This document shows positions 1-8,723 of a DNA stretch of 64,000 bases, piece by piece. Positions within the stretch are counted from its first letter, which is position 1, and each line of letters starts with the position of its first letter. The DNA is from an uncultured virus (IMG/VR IMGVR_UViG_3300044715_000653). Lineage: Duplodnaviria > Heunggongvirae > Uroviricota > Caudoviricetes. The position numbers and the translations under genes are program-made. The notes below the pieces were generated by a model. The model did no database searches. It had not been told where the DNA came from and saw only the letters and a list, made by a program, of their open reading frames with translations. The stretch lies in the IMG/VR virus record IMGVR_UViG_3300044715_000653; one strand, written 5' to 3'.

Positions 1-193
1 GTGTTGATTCTATGTTACCTACCATTAGGTCCCATAGTTTTTCTTCGGCAACTTCCTTAGTTTGGCGGTTAAGCCATGCTACTGTTGTACTGCCAGTGTT
101 ATACTGTTTAGCATCATCTAGCGGTTTGATACCATTAACCTGATCTGGGCTATCAATCCACTTACAAGCAAAGCCTATGCGTTTAGTATTCAT
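1..193 (-). CDS. uvsE: UV-damage endonuclease (UvsE/UVDE), N-terminal part; runs off the window
   Basis: Own translation from ATG at 193: MNTKRIGFACKWIDSPDQVNG...; the RIG(F/Y)AC start is typical of the UVDE family. Confidence 0.7.
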   Translation of the reverse strand, partial: MNTKRIGFACKWIDSPDQVNGIKPLDDAKQYNTGSTTVAWLNRQTKEVAEEKLWDLMVGNIEST

Positions 194-208
194 AAGATTA
201 TTATACAA

Positions 209-430
209 TCATTTAATTAAAATGTCAACGACTTTAAACACACTGTCTTTTAAAGGAATTTTTACAAACTTACGGCCGCGCTTGTCGAACTTGGCTTTGT
301 GATTGAAGTAGATAGGAAGACCTTCGCCCCATTTTTGATAGCCAATAACCCGTTCGCCACTCATTAGGTAAACATGGTTTGGCTGTCGGTAATCAACCTT
401 CCATTCAGTTACTTCTCGTATAACTTCCAT
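209..430 (-). CDS. hypothetical phage protein
   Basis: ORF track 209..469; likely start at ATG 430 (MEVIREVTEW), abutting the upstream stop. Confidence 0.6.
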   Translation of the reverse strand: MEVIREVTEWKVDYRQPNHVYLMSGERVIGYQKWGEGLPIYFNHKAKFDKRGRKFVKIPLKDSVFKVVDILIK

Positions 431-431
431 A

Positions 432-752
432 CTAGTCAGCACGTGAACCAGCATAAGCACGGAAACCATATTTGCTTAATACTTCTGCATAAGCACGAGC
501 ACCTTCTTCTAACACATCCATACTTTGACCATTGTAGTTACCTGGCTTCCACATGTTTAAGCATTTAGGACGATAGTCTTTCTTAAAACCAATATCCATT
601 AAACCTTTAGCTTCTTTTGAGTTAGTACGATCTACGTACACGTTAACCCATGCAAAACCACAGTATGCACGTTCACCGTATTGAGCTAGGTAAGCGTTTT
701 CTGCGTTAACTGCTGCTTGATATGCTTCGTTGTGAATAGCTTGTAAGTTCAT
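432..752 (-). CDS. hypothetical early phage protein
   Basis: 106-aa ORF with GGAG RBS downstream of a consensus sigma70 promoter. Confidence 0.75.
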   Translation of the reverse strand: MNLQAIHNEAYQAAVNAENAYLAQYGERAYCGFAWVNVYVDRTNSKEAKGLMDIGFKKDYRPKCLNMWKPGNYNGQSMDVLEEGARAYAEVLSKYGFRAYAGSRAD

Positions 753-785
753 TTATTGCTCCTGTGTTGTTAGTGTATGTGTAAC

Positions 786-814
786 ATTATACAGTCATTT
801 TACCAAAAAGTCAA
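786..814 (-). promoter_or_regulatory. early sigma70-type promoter (repeat family copy 1)
   Basis: Minus strand TTGACT-17 nt-TATAAT. Confidence 0.8.
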
Positions 815-822
815 CCAAAATC

Positions 823-1107
823 TTACATACTCCAATAAGTTTCTGAGCTAACATCACAACTTAATGGAGTGTTAACACTTTGACGAACTTGTTTACCCGA
901 CATTAAGTTAGTAACATTTTCATATTTTTCAATGTTAGCTCGAAAGTTACCAATTTCTGCCACTGCAAAGTCTTCTTTACGATAGCCCATTTTAACCATA
1001 CGTGTTAAGAACGCTTTAGCGGCAGCTTCTGTGGCATAGTATTCTTTACCGTATGCTTTAGCTCGTATTGTTTTAGTTGTTTCTTTGTTGTAGACTACGT
1101 ATGCCAT
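823..1107 (-). CDS. hypothetical early phage protein
   Basis: 94-aa ORF with AAGGA RBS and its own sigma70 promoter. Confidence 0.75.
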   Translation of the reverse strand: MAYVVYNKETTKTIRAKAYGKEYYATEAAAKAFLTRMVKMGYRKEDFAVAEIGNFRANIEKYENVTNLMSGKQVRQSVNTPLSCDVSSETYWSM

Positions 1108-1139
1108 TTGTTCTTCCTTATTAACAGTTTATGTATAGC

Positions 1140-1168
1140 ATTATACAGCCATCTAACCAAAAAGTCAA
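1140..1168 (-). promoter_or_regulatory. early sigma70-type promoter (repeat family copy 2)
   Basis: Minus strand TTGACT-17 nt-TATAAT with the same flanks as copy 1. Confidence 0.8.
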
Positions 1169-1176
1169 CCAAAATC

Positions 1177-1184
1177 TATAAATA
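1177..1184 (+). promoter_or_regulatory. T4-type late promoter
   Basis: Exact TATAAATA upstream of the plus-strand membrane/lipase operon. Confidence 0.6.
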
Positions 1185-1219
1185 CTTGTACAATAATAAC
1201 AAAATTCAAGGAGCAGTTA

Positions 1220-1501
1220 ATGGGCGACATCTTCAAACTAATTGGCGATCTGGGCTTCCCCGTTGCAATGGCATTAGCCGGCGGGTACTTTGTTTATCTT
1301 ACTATCAAACTACTATTAGCTGGCGTACTTGGTTCTATTAAAGGTATGGCTGGCATCATCACTGCATTGGACAATCGCGTTAAAACTATGAACCATGATG
1401 TTATCCGTATTGATACTATCGTCAGTAATGCTTTAGGTTTAAAACCAGACACAGACCGTATTGCACGTGCAGACGGTAAAAATGACGCTCGACGCGACTA
1501 G
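1220..1501 (+). CDS. small membrane protein (GFP-motif TM helix plus coiled coil); paralogue of 2986..3318
   Basis: AAGGAG RBS; LGFPVAMA TM segment, then ALDNRVKTMNHDVIRID. Confidence 0.75.
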   Translation: MGDIFKLIGDLGFPVAMALAGGYFVYLTIKLLLAGVLGSIKGMAGIITALDNRVKTMNHDVIRIDTIVSNALGLKPDTDRIARADGKNDARRD

Positions 1502-1509
1502 GAGATAAT

Positions 1510-1662
1510 ATGTTTAAATTACCACATCAAGTATGGTTAGAAAAGCAACCCGAACACACTCAAGAATGGTTGAAGAAACAGGCAGTTTGGCATGATGCCG
1601 ACTTGTTTAGATTTTTTGTAGTGGGTATGTTAGTAGGATTTTTAATAGGAATAGCAATATGA
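1510..1662 (+). CDS. 50-aa protein with C-terminal TM helix (not in ORF track)
   Basis: GGAG RBS; MFKLPHQVWLEKQPEHTQEWLKKQAVWHDADLFRFFVVGMLVGFLIGIAI; ATGA overlap with the lipase gene. Confidence 0.7.
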   Translation: MFKLPHQVWLEKQPEHTQEWLKKQAVWHDADLFRFFVVGMLVGFLIGIAI

Positions 1663-2438
1663 CAACAGCGTTAAATATGAGACCTTTCACCGAGCAAGCC
1701 TGGTTGTTTGCTAAGATTAGCGAACTTGCTTATTTAGATGAAGCAGAAGGTAAGAAAGAATTTAAACAATTAGGTTTTAAAGCAACCTTAATTGATGTTA
1801 AGGGTAGTCAAGCATACTGGTTAGAAAACAAAACTGATCTAGTTATTGCCTGCCGCGGCACACAACCAACAGAGTTCGCTGATATTGCTAGTGACCTAAA
1901 AGCTCGCCCAGTAAAAAGTGCGTCAGGTGTAAAATGGATACATCGTGGATTTAAAGAATCAGTTGATAATATTTGGCCTAAACTAAAAGACCTTGCTGAT
2001 GATCATGGTAAATCACGTACGGTATGGTGTACTGGACACAGTCTAGGAGCCGCAATGGCTACATTGGTTGCTTATCGTCTGCAGTATTCAGAAGATTGCC
2101 CCAGTCCGCAGGCCTTGTTTACCTATGGTAGTCCAAAAGTAGGCACTAAAAATTACATCAATAAAATTGAAGCAACAGGTGTACTACACTTCCGCTTTGT
2201 AAACAATGCTGATATCGTAGCCCGTGTTCCGCCCTGGCCATACAAACACTTTGGTGGTATGTACTATATGAATCACTATGGTCACTTACGTGCTCCAACA
2301 GCGTGGCAGGTTACTAAAGACGTGTGGCGTGGGTTCTTAGTAGGACTTAAACGTAAAGAAATTAACTTCTTTACTAATCACAGCATTACACGCTATGCTG
2401 AAATCTTAGAGCGTTGGAAGAATGGGGACAATGGATAA
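1659..2438 (+). CDS. class 3 lipase (alpha/beta hydrolase)
   Basis: IACRGT, HRGF, GHSLG nucleophile elbow, TYGSPKVG, RFVNNADIVARVP. Confidence 0.9.
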   Translation: MTTALNMRPFTEQAWLFAKISELAYLDEAEGKKEFKQLGFKATLIDVKGSQAYWLENKTDLVIACRGTQPTEFADIASDLKARPVKSASGVKWIHRGFKESVDNIWPKLKDLADDHGKSRTVWCTGHSLGAAMATLVAYRLQYSEDCPSPQALFTYGSPKVGTKNYINKIEATGVLHFRFVNNADIVARVPPWPYKHFGGMYYMNHYGHLRAPTAWQVTKDVWRGFLVGLKRKEINFFTNHSITRYAEILERWKNGDNG

Positions 2439-2995
2439 TGGCATTACACGATACAGTAATCAAGATGGTAACACGTCAAAAGAAAGACGGTGTTGAAGAA
2501 GATGTTTCAGCAACTGAAAAGTTAATTAAATCAAAAGCTGGTTTAGTTATCAACATCTTTGCGGCATTGTTAGCATTTAACATGTGGCTACAGGGTAGTC
2601 TAAACAGTAAAGTAATGAACAACACTATTCAGGCCAATGACATCTGGGCGTTCTACCAAGCTAAAAGCATTAAGCAAACACAGTATGAACTAGCTGCACA
2701 ACAAATCGCAGATCCTGCTAAAGCTAAGAAGTTTACTGACAAAGCCGCTAGTTACGAGTTAGGTGAAGAAGGTAAACCAGCATTGTTTGCTCAGGCTAAA
2801 GCATTAGAAGCAGATCGTGACCATTACAAACAACAACTACCATGGGTAGGTTATGCGTCAACAGCATACCAACTAAGCATTGTGTTGCTATCAGCTAGTA
2901 TCTTAAGTGTTAGCATGGCCCTTTTCTGGGGTAGCTTTTTTATGGCAGGCGCAGGTGTATTCTTAATGTTACAAGGGATTTTATTATGGATGTAG
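2438..2995 (+). CDS. DUF4337-like membrane protein
   Basis: ANDIWAFYQAKSIKQ motif; one N-terminal and two C-terminal TM segments; start moved to ATG 2438. Confidence 0.7.
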   Translation: MALHDTVIKMVTRQKKDGVEEDVSATEKLIKSKAGLVINIFAALLAFNMWLQGSLNSKVMNNTIQANDIWAFYQAKSIKQTQYELAAQQIADPAKAKKFTDKAASYELGEEGKPALFAQAKALEADRDHYKQQLPWVGYASTAYQLSIVLLSASILSVSMALFWGSFFMAGAGVFLMLQGILLWM

Positions 2996-3318
2996 TAGAT
3001 TTAGTAAACAAATATGGCTTTCCCATTGTTATGGCAGTGGGTATGGGATTCATTATCAAATACGTATGGGAATGGGCCACAAAAGAGGTAAAACCAGTCA
3101 TTTCAGACGCAAATACTGTGCTTATTGCCTTGATAGATCGCATACGTATGTTAGACAATGATCTTATACGTTTGAATCAAAAAGTAAACACTGTCCTACA
3201 CCTACGTGGTAAAACAATTGAGTATGAACGTGTCGAAGCTGAAAAAGAAATTAACGATCTAAGCAAACACAAGAAGAAATCGGAAGATGACAACGCCGCT
3301 AGTGGCGGTAGTGACTAA
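2986..3318 (+). CDS. small membrane protein; paralogue of 1220..1501
   Basis: YGFPIVMA TM segment, then ALIDRIRMLDNDLIRLN. Confidence 0.75.
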   Translation: MDVVDLVNKYGFPIVMAVGMGFIIKYVWEWATKEVKPVISDANTVLIALIDRIRMLDNDLIRLNQKVNTVLHLRGKTIEYERVEAEKEINDLSKHKKKSEDDNAASGGSD

Positions 3319-4115
3319 TCAACATCAATATCGCTGTGGCTTACTGTTACAGCGATTTTTTGTGCTTCTGGGAATCTAGTACGAGTATTCTTACTGCCAA
3401 GTAACACAATCACACGTTGTCCTAGTTCAGTATCAAGTAGCATAACCACACAGCCACCACTTTCATTTATATAACCAGTCTTACTTACTCGTACATCATT
3501 GGTATTTCTAACCAGTGGATTAGTGTTGCCGAACTGCCACCAGCGGCGTTTAACTTTTATACTTACTTGAGGTTTACCACTTGCTTCGGTAATCTCTGTA
3601 TATTCGTTTGCGGCTAGAACTAATTTGCCTAGGTCACGGGCATTACTAACATTGTTTGCATCTAACCCTGTTGGGTCGGCAAATGTTGTACTGGACATAC
3701 CTAGCACAAATGCAATGTGATTCATTTCAGCTATACAACGAGCTAGCCCACCTGGATAGTTAGCGCCTAGGGTATACGCGGCAAGGTTATCACTCTTAAC
3801 AATAGCAAGGTCAATTAGTTCACCACGAGTCAGTTGTTTAACACTACGAGGCAATCGAGTGTGATACTTACCAACTAATTTACGATCTAGAGTAATCATC
3901 TCATCTAAGTTTTGATTAGCATCTAAAACCACCATTACAGTCATTAGTTTAGTAATACTAGCAATAGGTTGTACTCGGTCGGCATTCTTTTCTAATATAA
4001 CTTCGCCACTAGTGTCAGATACTAAGAAACTTTTGGCAGTAATAGGCTTTGCAGTTGCTGTACCTATACAAAGCAACATGCCGATAAATAAAATTTTATT
4101 CAAATTTAATAACAT
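3315..4115 (-). CDS. D-alanyl-D-alanine endo/carboxypeptidase (peptidase S11, PBP7-like)
   Basis: Signal peptide; SxxK (ASITK), SDN and KTG motifs. Confidence 0.9.
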   Translation of the reverse strand: MLLNLNKILFIGMLLCIGTATAKPITAKSFLVSDTSGEVILEKNADRVQPIASITKLMTVMVVLDANQNLDEMITLDRKLVGKYHTRLPRSVKQLTRGELIDLAIVKSDNLAAYTLGANYPGGLARCIAEMNHIAFVLGMSSTTFADPTGLDANNVSNARDLGKLVLAANEYTEITEASGKPQVSIKVKRRWWQFGNTNPLVRNTNDVRVSKTGYINESGGCVVMLLDTELGQRVIVLLGSKNTRTRFPEAQKIAVTVSHSDIDVD

Positions 4116-5253
4116 CAGTCACAACATTCCTTGCAATTAATTCTTTAAAATCTTCGATAGTATGAGCCTTAGGCGCACAGTACCCACATTTACATAGATG
4201 TTTTGCACATTGTATTACTGGCATCGACTTAGTCTCGAATTGTGTTTGCAATGTAGTTAATATTTCCGCAGTATTAGATAAATTACCAATAGGTTCAACT
4301 CGATTATTCAACGACATACGACAATCTTTATTGAAATAAACATTGCCAGTTACCTGTTGAACAAATAAAAAAAACCAGTTAACGCTACAACTCCATCCGT
4401 AAAATCCTTGCCTAGGTATAAAAGTGACCGAAGATTTTAAATCATTATTTAAAGATAATTTGCGGCCACCACAACAGGCACGGCCTTCGCATATACTCAC
4501 TACTTTTTCTGTAATGCCTATGGTTTTTAAATTTTTTGTCGAACTATCAACATTTTTAGATGGTGTATTTTTAATCCAAAAACTTTTTAAATAATCAAAT
4601 TGCTCAGTGGTGTATGATAGATCTTCATTATCAAACGGCTTTGCTACGTGTTTGATGTCATGGTCTTTACAAAATTCAATTGTATTAATAGACTTGCCCC
4701 ATAACTCAAATTGATTGTGCATCATTACTACACACTTAACTCGTTTATTATGTGACTTTAATAATAATAGATTATCAAAGAACAATTTTTCTTGTTTAGG
4801 TAAATTTTCAGCATGATAACTAACCGTAAATTCATCTATCAATGGTACAATTTTTGCCCATATGCTTTTATTAATTACTGCATTTGTTGTAGTGGTTATG
4901 GTTAAATGCCATCGATCTGCATAGTTATTGTGTTTTTCGTGACACGCTTGTAAAATTTTAACAATGTCAGGATGAAATAAACTTTCGCCCCCGTAGACAT
5001 TTAATATAACTTTGCGCTGAGTTGGTTTTTTGTTCTGCATGTATAAATCCACATACTCATACAAAAAATCAATTGTAGACAAACATTCGTCTAATGGCGG
5101 GTGTGGAATACTATTATCATGACCACCTTCGATTCCAATATCACAATAACTACAATCTAAATTACATTTCTTAGTAAGTTCCCAGTCTAATAGAAAAGAT
5201 GGAGTTCCTGCGGGGTCTAATGCAAATCCAATTGATTTGATTTGATTTTTCAT
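4096..5253 (-). CDS. radical SAM protein with Cys-rich C-terminus
   Basis: CNLDCSYC, GGE motif, C-terminal CAKHLCKCGYC. Confidence 0.85.
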   Translation of the reverse strand: MKNQIKSIGFALDPAGTPSFLLDWELTKKCNLDCSYCDIGIEGGHDNSIPHPPLDECLSTIDFLYEYVDLYMQNKKPTQRKVILNVYGGESLFHPDIVKILQACHEKHNNYADRWHLTITTTTNAVINKSIWAKIVPLIDEFTVSYHAENLPKQEKLFFDNLLLLKSHNKRVKCVVMMHNQFELWGKSINTIEFCKDHDIKHVAKPFDNEDLSYTTEQFDYLKSFWIKNTPSKNVDSSTKNLKTIGITEKVVSICEGRACCGGRKLSLNNDLKSSVTFIPRQGFYGWSCSVNWFFLFVQQVTGNVYFNKDCRMSLNNRVEPIGNLSNTAEILTTLQTQFETKSMPVIQCAKHLCKCGYCAPKAHTIEDFKELIARNVVTDVIKFE

Positions 5254-5256
5254 TTA

Positions 5257-7281
5257 TTATTTACTTGTAGCATGATATGTTCCGTCCCAGTTTGCAGGAA
5301 CACCCTGTTCCATGCGTTCAATCATTAGTTCATAGTAATGTTTAATGTCAACATCATCATTGTTAACTAACTTTTTAGCCCATACAATAGCCTTACTCCA
5401 TGAACCTCGAGTATATTCTTTACGATATTCTTCATGCATATAAAGATTAGTACGGCCAACTGTGTAAATGTCTAGACCAATTGTTTTGCCTTTAACAGCA
5501 ATGTTGTCTAACCATACTACAGGGAACGCATCTTTACAGTATTCAGCAGTCTTAGGACCAATGATTAGTAATACACCATATGATTTAGTCTGTCCTTCTA
5601 ACCGTGCCGCAGTACTTACACTGTCACCTAAGACATCATAGCCAAACTTGCTCTTAGCACCAATATTACCAATTAAGGTTTCACCTGTGTTAACACCTGC
5701 ACCCATACCAACCGGCGGTCGACCACTAGCTGTAAGTTCTACGTTAAAGTCTTCAATGGCTTTGATCATTTCAAGTGCTGTCTTAACCGCAGTCTTAGCG
5801 TGGTCAACATCGTCTAATGGAGCACCATGTACGTGTAAACTAGCATCACCAATAAACTTAATTAAAGTACCATCATTCTTAAGCACAGGAATACTCAATG
5901 CGGTCATGTAGTCGTTCATGATCTGTGTAAGTCCTTCTACATCATCACCAAACGATTCACCTAATGTAGTAAAGCCACGTAGGTCAGTCATAACAATTGA
6001 AAGTTCTTTACGTTCGCCGCCTAGTTTAATCAGCTCTGGATTCTTTTGTAAACGTTCAACAATAGTAGGGTTGACATAACTACCAAATTGTTTCTTGATC
6101 TGTTGTTTCTGTAAGAACTCGCTGATGAATTTAACACCATAAGCGTGTAGCATAACCAGTACACCACCTGCTGTGGGCACAATAGCATCAAACAAGAAGT
6201 TATAGTGTGCAAACGCATACATTGTTACAGGTGTAATTGCCGCAAGCAATACAACACCAACTCCTAAGCCAACATATACCCAACGGCTTAAGATTAAAAT
6301 AATAAGTGAGATAACAATAAGAGCTAACAGTTCGGCGTTGTCTGCCCAGAATGGACGTTCAATGTTTACGTTGTTAGCAAGTGTGCCAATAACAGCGGCC
6401 TGCATGTCTTGTGGCCATACACTACCGATACTAGTTGGCACAGGATTAGCTAAACCTGCGGCACTTAGGCCTACAATAACCACAGCACCACCAAAGTCTT
6501 TAGGTAAATTAACTGCTGATACCTGTGTCGACTTTTGACTCCAGTCTACCCAGATACGACCCAAACTGTCTGTGCTAATAGGACGGAAACTTGGTATGCG
6601 CATTTTCTCTACACCAAATTCATTTAACTTAACTTGGAAAGTTGAGTCCTGTGATATAACACGTAATACTTCTAATGGAATACTTGGATATACGTTATTG
6701 TCATAACCAACAAACAATGGTAGTCGACGATTAACACCATCCACTTCTGGAAACGTATTAGCAATACCAACACCTGCGGCATTACGTTCTAGTTCCGGAA
6801 TGTTAGCAATAATACCTGGATAGGTGATAATTGTGTCGCTGTATTCATCACCAATAACAGCACTGCCTGGTTTACGTGGAATGTTTTTAGTTGTTTGACT
6901 TGGCATGTTAGTTAAGATAACTGGATGATCTTCTAACTCTAATGCTAAGGCCGCATCGCCACCTTGACGATCTGCTTCTGGCATCATAACAGTCCAAACA
7001 ACTAGGCCGGCGCCATGTTTGTACAGGTCATCAATTAGGTTGGCATACTTGTCACGTTTGAATGGCCATTGTCCATACTTGTCTAATGTAGCTTCATCTA
7101 TGTTTACAGTATAGATATTATTTTCTGTAGGAGCCTTGCCGCCAATGAGGGTGTCAAAGTATCTAAGTCTAACTGACTCTACAAACGTAGGTCCTTGTAG
7201 GATTACTACCACAATAACAGCTAATGTAATTAATGCAGTCCACGGACTGACTAGGAGTTTTTTAAGTTTATTTTTCATCAT
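5257..7281 (-). CDS. CHASE2-domain class III adenylate cyclase
   Basis: N-terminal TM, CHASE2 (NIDEATLDKYGQWP, DGVNRRLPL), TM bundle, cyclase motifs TDLRGFT, KFIGDA, GDSVSTAARLEG. Confidence 0.92.
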   Translation of the reverse strand: MMKNKLKKLLVSPWTALITLAVIVVVILQGPTFVESVRLRYFDTLIGGKAPTENNIYTVNIDEATLDKYGQWPFKRDKYANLIDDLYKHGAGLVVWTVMMPEADRQGGDAALALELEDHPVILTNMPSQTTKNIPRKPGSAVIGDEYSDTIITYPGIIANIPELERNAAGVGIANTFPEVDGVNRRLPLFVGYDNNVYPSIPLEVLRVISQDSTFQVKLNEFGVEKMRIPSFRPISTDSLGRIWVDWSQKSTQVSAVNLPKDFGGAVVIVGLSAAGLANPVPTSIGSVWPQDMQAAVIGTLANNVNIERPFWADNAELLALIVISLIILILSRWVYVGLGVGVVLLAAITPVTMYAFAHYNFLFDAIVPTAGGVLVMLHAYGVKFISEFLQKQQIKKQFGSYVNPTIVERLQKNPELIKLGGERKELSIVMTDLRGFTTLGESFGDDVEGLTQIMNDYMTALSIPVLKNDGTLIKFIGDASLHVHGAPLDDVDHAKTAVKTALEMIKAIEDFNVELTASGRPPVGMGAGVNTGETLIGNIGAKSKFGYDVLGDSVSTAARLEGQTKSYGVLLIIGPKTAEYCKDAFPVVWLDNIAVKGKTIGLDIYTVGRTNLYMHEEYRKEYTRGSWSKAIVWAKKLVNNDDVDIKHYYELMIERMEQGVPANWDGTYHATSK

Positions 7282-7400
7282 ATTACTATTATTTACTCTT
7301 TTGGGTTTTTTGTCAAGAGAAATTCAATCAAAAAAAATAAACTTCTTTCTTACATAGATGTTAAATACTATGCAGGTACAATTTTTATGAAAGGATCAAA

Positions 7401-7700
7401 ATGAAAACTATTTTAGCAGTATTATTATTAGGTAGTTGTATCACAGCAAATGCTAATCAGGCATTGGCACAGAAAAGTGGCTGTTTAGCTTGCCACGCAG
7501 TTGATAAAAAAATATTAGGTCCGGCGTATCGAGATGTTGCTGCCAAATATAAAGGTCAAGCTGACGCAGAGGCTAAACTTATAGCCAAAGTTAAGAAAGG
7601 TGGTAGTGGAGTATGGGGTCCTATTCCAATGCCGCCAATGAGTCCACAGATCAAAGACGAGGATATTAAAACGCTCGTTAAATGGGTGTTGACGCAGTAA
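7401..7700 (+). CDS. periplasmic cytochrome c (c551/c552 class)
   Basis: Signal peptide, CLACH haem motif, GPAY, WGPIPMPP axial Met. Confidence 0.92.
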   Translation: MKTILAVLLLGSCITANANQALAQKSGCLACHAVDKKILGPAYRDVAAKYKGQADAEAKLIAKVKKGGSGVWGPIPMPPMSPQIKDEDIKTLVKWVLTQ

Positions 7701-7701
7701 T

Positions 7702-7728
7702 AAAAAAGCCCCTTAATTGGGGCTTTTT
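7702..7728. terminator. bidirectional intrinsic terminator
   Basis: AAAAAAGCCCC-TTAATT-GGGGCTTTTT between convergent genes. Confidence 0.85.
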
Positions 7729-7731
7729 GTT

Positions 7732-8298
7732 TTATAGTTTACCTACTAAATCCAAACTTGGTGCTAGTGTAGCACTTCCTTCTTGCCATTTAGCCGGGCA
7801 TACTTCACCTGGATGTTCACGTGTGTATTTTGCTGCTTTAACTTTACGTAGCAACTCTTTAGCATCGCGACCTACACCACCTGGATTGATCTCAATGATC
7901 TGTACTACACCATCTGGATCAATAACAAACGTACCGCGGTCGGCTAAGCCTTCGCTTTCAATTAGCACACCAAATTGACGAGCCAACTGATGGTTAGCAT
8001 CACCAATCATTGTGTAGGTGATGTTACGGATTGTGTCTGTAGCATCTGCCCATGCTTTGTGTACAAAGTGTGTGTCTGTGCTTACACTGTATACTTCAAC
8101 GCCTAAGCCTTTGAAGTCACTTGCGTATACGTCTTGTAGGTCTGCTAATTCTGTTGGGCAGACAAATGTAAAGTCTGCTGGATAAAAGAATAACACACTC
8201 CATTTACCTTTTAAGTCTTGCTCTGATACTTCTACAAACTTACCCTGTTGGTATGCTTGTGCTTTAAATTCTTCTACTTGTTTTCCGATTAAACTCAT
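7732..8298 (-). CDS. ahpC: alkyl hydroperoxide reductase C (2-Cys peroxiredoxin)
   Basis: [13 protein letters not shown] and GEVCPAKW motifs. Confidence 0.95.
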   Translation of the reverse strand: MSLIGKQVEEFKAQAYQQGKFVEVSEQDLKGKWSVLFFYPADFTFVCPTELADLQDVYASDFKGLGVEVYSVSTDTHFVHKAWADATDTIRNITYTMIGDANHQLARQFGVLIESEGLADRGTFVIDPDGVVQIIEINPGGVGRDAKELLRKVKAAKYTREHPGEVCPAKWQEGSATLAPSLDLVGKL

Positions 8299-8322
8299 TT
8301 ATTTCTCCTTGATTAAAATTAT

Positions 8323-8388
8323 ATACTACACTTATTAACTTCACTTGTCTAATTAAATTTTCTTATACCTATCATTAAAAAAATTTAT
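8323..8388 (-). promoter_or_regulatory. ahpC promoter with OxyR-like box abutting the -35
   Basis: TAGACA-17-TAGTAT preceded by ATAA-N7-TAAT-N7-ATAA-N7-TAAT (8352-8388). Confidence 0.5.
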
Positions 8389-8403
8389 AACCCGTATTCG
8401 TGA

Positions 8404-8425
8404 CAAAAGCCCCGAAGGGCTTTTG
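8404..8425 (-). terminator. intrinsic terminator downstream of pqqA
   Basis: CAAAAGCCC-CGAA-GGGCTTTTG; UUCG loop on the minus strand. Confidence 0.85.
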
Positions 8426-8448
8426 TTATTGCAGTACGGAACAATAAA

Positions 8449-8520
8449 TTACTTGTTCATTACATACATAGTTACTTCAAAACCGAAACGCATTTCAGTA
8501 GCTGCTGGTTTAGTCCACAT
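8449..8520 (-). CDS. pqqA: PQQ precursor peptide (not in ORF track)
   Basis: MWTKPAATEMRFGFEVTMYVMNK with the ExxxY core; AGGAG RBS; terminator follows. Confidence 0.93.
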   Translation of the reverse strand: MWTKPAATEMRFGFEVTMYVMNK

Positions 8521-8654
8521 AGTATTTCTCCTAGTAAATTATTAAAAAGTACCACAACATGTTTTGTTGTTACTAGTACTTATACATATAGTAGCACCTA
8601 AAACGGTGAAAAAACATACGTAAAATCATTAAAGACAGCTAAATTTCTCGTATT

Positions 8655-8723
8655 TTAGTGAAATATTGCTACAATCATTACTATTATACCAATTACCATT
8701 ACTGATATTAATGATCCTATCAT
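8655..8723 (-). CDS. 22-aa hydrophobic micropeptide
   Basis: MIGSLISVMVIGIIVMIVAIFH; TAATG overlap with the upstream stop. Confidence 0.4.
   Translation of the reverse strand: MIGSLISVMVIGIIVMIVAIFH

Noticed and set aside
4096..5253. Radical SAM as PqqE partner of pqqA
   Set aside because: Only the generic CxxxCxxC matches; no pqqB, pqqC or pqqD nearby; it resembles the other scattered phage radical SAMs
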